From assembly GCA_963766345.1 (NCBI GenBank), contig CAVXZL010000001.1:1911-65910 (forward strand): a stretch of 64,000 nucleotides of DNA, in the 5' to 3' direction. The notes beneath the pieces were generated by a model that was not told where the DNA came from, searched no databases, and saw nothing but the letters and a program-made list of their open reading frames with translations. Within the stretch, counting starts at the first letter, position 1, and the number at the start of each line of letters is the position of its first letter. This document shows, one piece after another, positions 63,121 to 64,000 of the stretch. Both the position numbers and the translations under genes were made by a program. Source of the stretch: an uncultured Actinomycetes bacterium (GTDB lineage: Bacteria > Actinomycetota > Thermoleophilia > Gaiellales > Gaiellaceae).

Positions 63121-63166
63121 TTGCGGCGGGAAGGAGTGGCTGCTATAGTTAACCATCATGTTAAGT
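63121..63166 (+). promoter_or_regulatory. Putative arsR promoter TTGCGG-N17-TATAGT with an inverted repeat AGTTAAC-N6-GTTAAGT spanning the ATG (leaderless layout)
   Basis: The -10 hexamer ends 8 nt before ATG 63158. The imperfect palindrome (6 of 7 matches per arm) lies at 63147..63166. Confidence 0.45.
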
Positions 63167-63541
63167 GTTGTCCCGGAACCGACGAGCGAGGATCTCGATC
63201 TGCTCTTCGGTGCGCTCGCCGACGCCACCCGCCGGGGCATCGTCGAGCGACTCGCCGTCGGTGAGGCGACGGTCACGGAGCTCGCGGCTCCCTTCTCGAT
63301 CAGCCTCCCGGCGATCTCCCGACACCTCAAGGTGCTCGAGCGCGCGTCGCTCATCACCCGAAGCCACCAAGGCAGGTGGCGGCACGCGCGACTCTCCCCG
63401 ACGTCGCTTGCCGGCGCGGCTGCGTGGCTCTCGCTGCAGGAACGGCTCTGGGCCGAGAGATTCGACCGGCTCGACGACCACCTCGCGCGACTGCAGCCGA
63501 CGTCCCAGACCCAGACCACGACCAAGAGAGGGAGGCCATGA
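63158..63541 (+). CDS. ArsR/SmtB-family transcriptional regulator
   Basis: Winged-helix motif LADATRRGIVERLAVGEATVTELAAPFSISLPAISRHLKVLERASLI. Confidence 0.85.
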   Translation: MLSVVPEPTSEDLDLLFGALADATRRGIVERLAVGEATVTELAAPFSISLPAISRHLKVLERASLITRSHQGRWRHARLSPTSLAGAAAWLSLQERLWAERFDRLDDHLARLQPTSQTQTTTKRGRP

Positions 63542-64000
63542 CCACGACAACCCCACAGCTCGCCCTGACGCACATCGTCGACGCACCGCGCGCGCTCGTC
63601 TACCAGGCGTTCACGGACCCCGATCACTTCGCGGCATGGTGGGGCCCGTTCGGCAACTCACTGCCCCGCGACGAGATCGAATTCGACGTGCGGCCGGGCG
63701 GCCATCAGCGGTGGTCGGAGGTCTTTCCAGGCAAACCCGGCGTTTGGACCCACGGCCGCATCGACCTCACGGACGTGGTCGACGGCGAGCTGCTCGACGG
63801 CCTCATGCACATCACCGGCAACCTGCCAGGGGGCTTCGAGCCGTTCGAGACGAGGATGCGAGTCGAGTTCTACGACGAGACAGACGGACGGACGCGACTC
63901 GAGATCCGCCAGTGGCTCCCCGAGCGGTACGTGTCCCCCAGCAAGGGAGGTTGGGGCGAGGCGCTCACCAAGCTGGACACCGTGCTCGCCGCGCATCCAA
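63538..64000 (+). CDS. SRPBCC/AHSA1-domain protein (3' end outside the window)
   Basis: ATGA overlap with arsR. The segment HIVDAPRALVYQAFTDPDHFAAWWGP is typical of Aha1/START-like proteins paired with ArsR regulators. The frame is open to the window end. Confidence 0.8.
   Translation, partial: MTTTTPQLALTHIVDAPRALVYQAFTDPDHFAAWWGPFGNSLPRDEIEFDVRPGGHQRWSEVFPGKPGVWTHGRIDLTDVVDGELLDGLMHITGNLPGGFEPFETRMRVEFYDETDGRTRLEIRQWLPERYVSPSKGGWGEALTKLDTVLAAHP

Overview
High-GC (roughly 70%) bacterial chromosomal window, gene-dense on both strands: about 70 protein genes and one tRNA, with no rRNA, CRISPR array or obvious mobile element. Most of the content is core housekeeping. It has an actinobacterial character but a Firmicute-like backbone order: radA-disA-carD-ispD-ispF ... 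cysS-rlmB-yacP-sigH-tRNA-Thr. Other core genes are acyl-CoA carboxylase (pccB, accA), TCA and anaplerotic genes (sucCD, mdh, citrate synthase, a type-E-like sdhA/B plus an HdrB-like subunit, pckA), asd-ask-recR and ybaB-dnaX. The taxonomic guess (deep-branching high-GC Gram-positive lineage) is inference only.

Main observations:
1. Two ORFs are interrupted by an in-frame TGA exactly at the second Cys of a CxxC redox motif: an AhpD/CMD-like protein at 6015..6563 (-) and a SelW/Rdx-like protein at 61524..61766 (+). Each has a 7-bp hairpin with a GGU-containing loop 11-15 nt downstream. Together they read as selenoproteins that an ordinary gene caller would split or truncate.
2. An 1801-aa soluble hybrid histidine kinase carries 8 tandem 92-aa HAMP units, a GAF domain, an E-E-L heptad coiled coil, HisKA/HATPase and three receiver domains. 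It is translationally linked to cheR and a receiver-less cheB, with no MCP in the window. This looks like a poorly characterised methylation-tuned kinase module.
3. Three otherwise well-conserved genes (cysS, ybaB, an S9 peptidase) each carry one extra base, giving an apparent +1 frameshift.
4. A near-perfect Cheo/LexA box lies upstream of the sigH-like gene.
5. Several normally adjacent gene pairs are split by single, translationally coupled inserted genes: ispD/ispF, sucC/sucD and sdhA/sdhB.
6. Three genes appear to need CTG starts.

Many long ORFs in the six-frame track are GC-driven antisense or alternative-frame artefacts and were not called.
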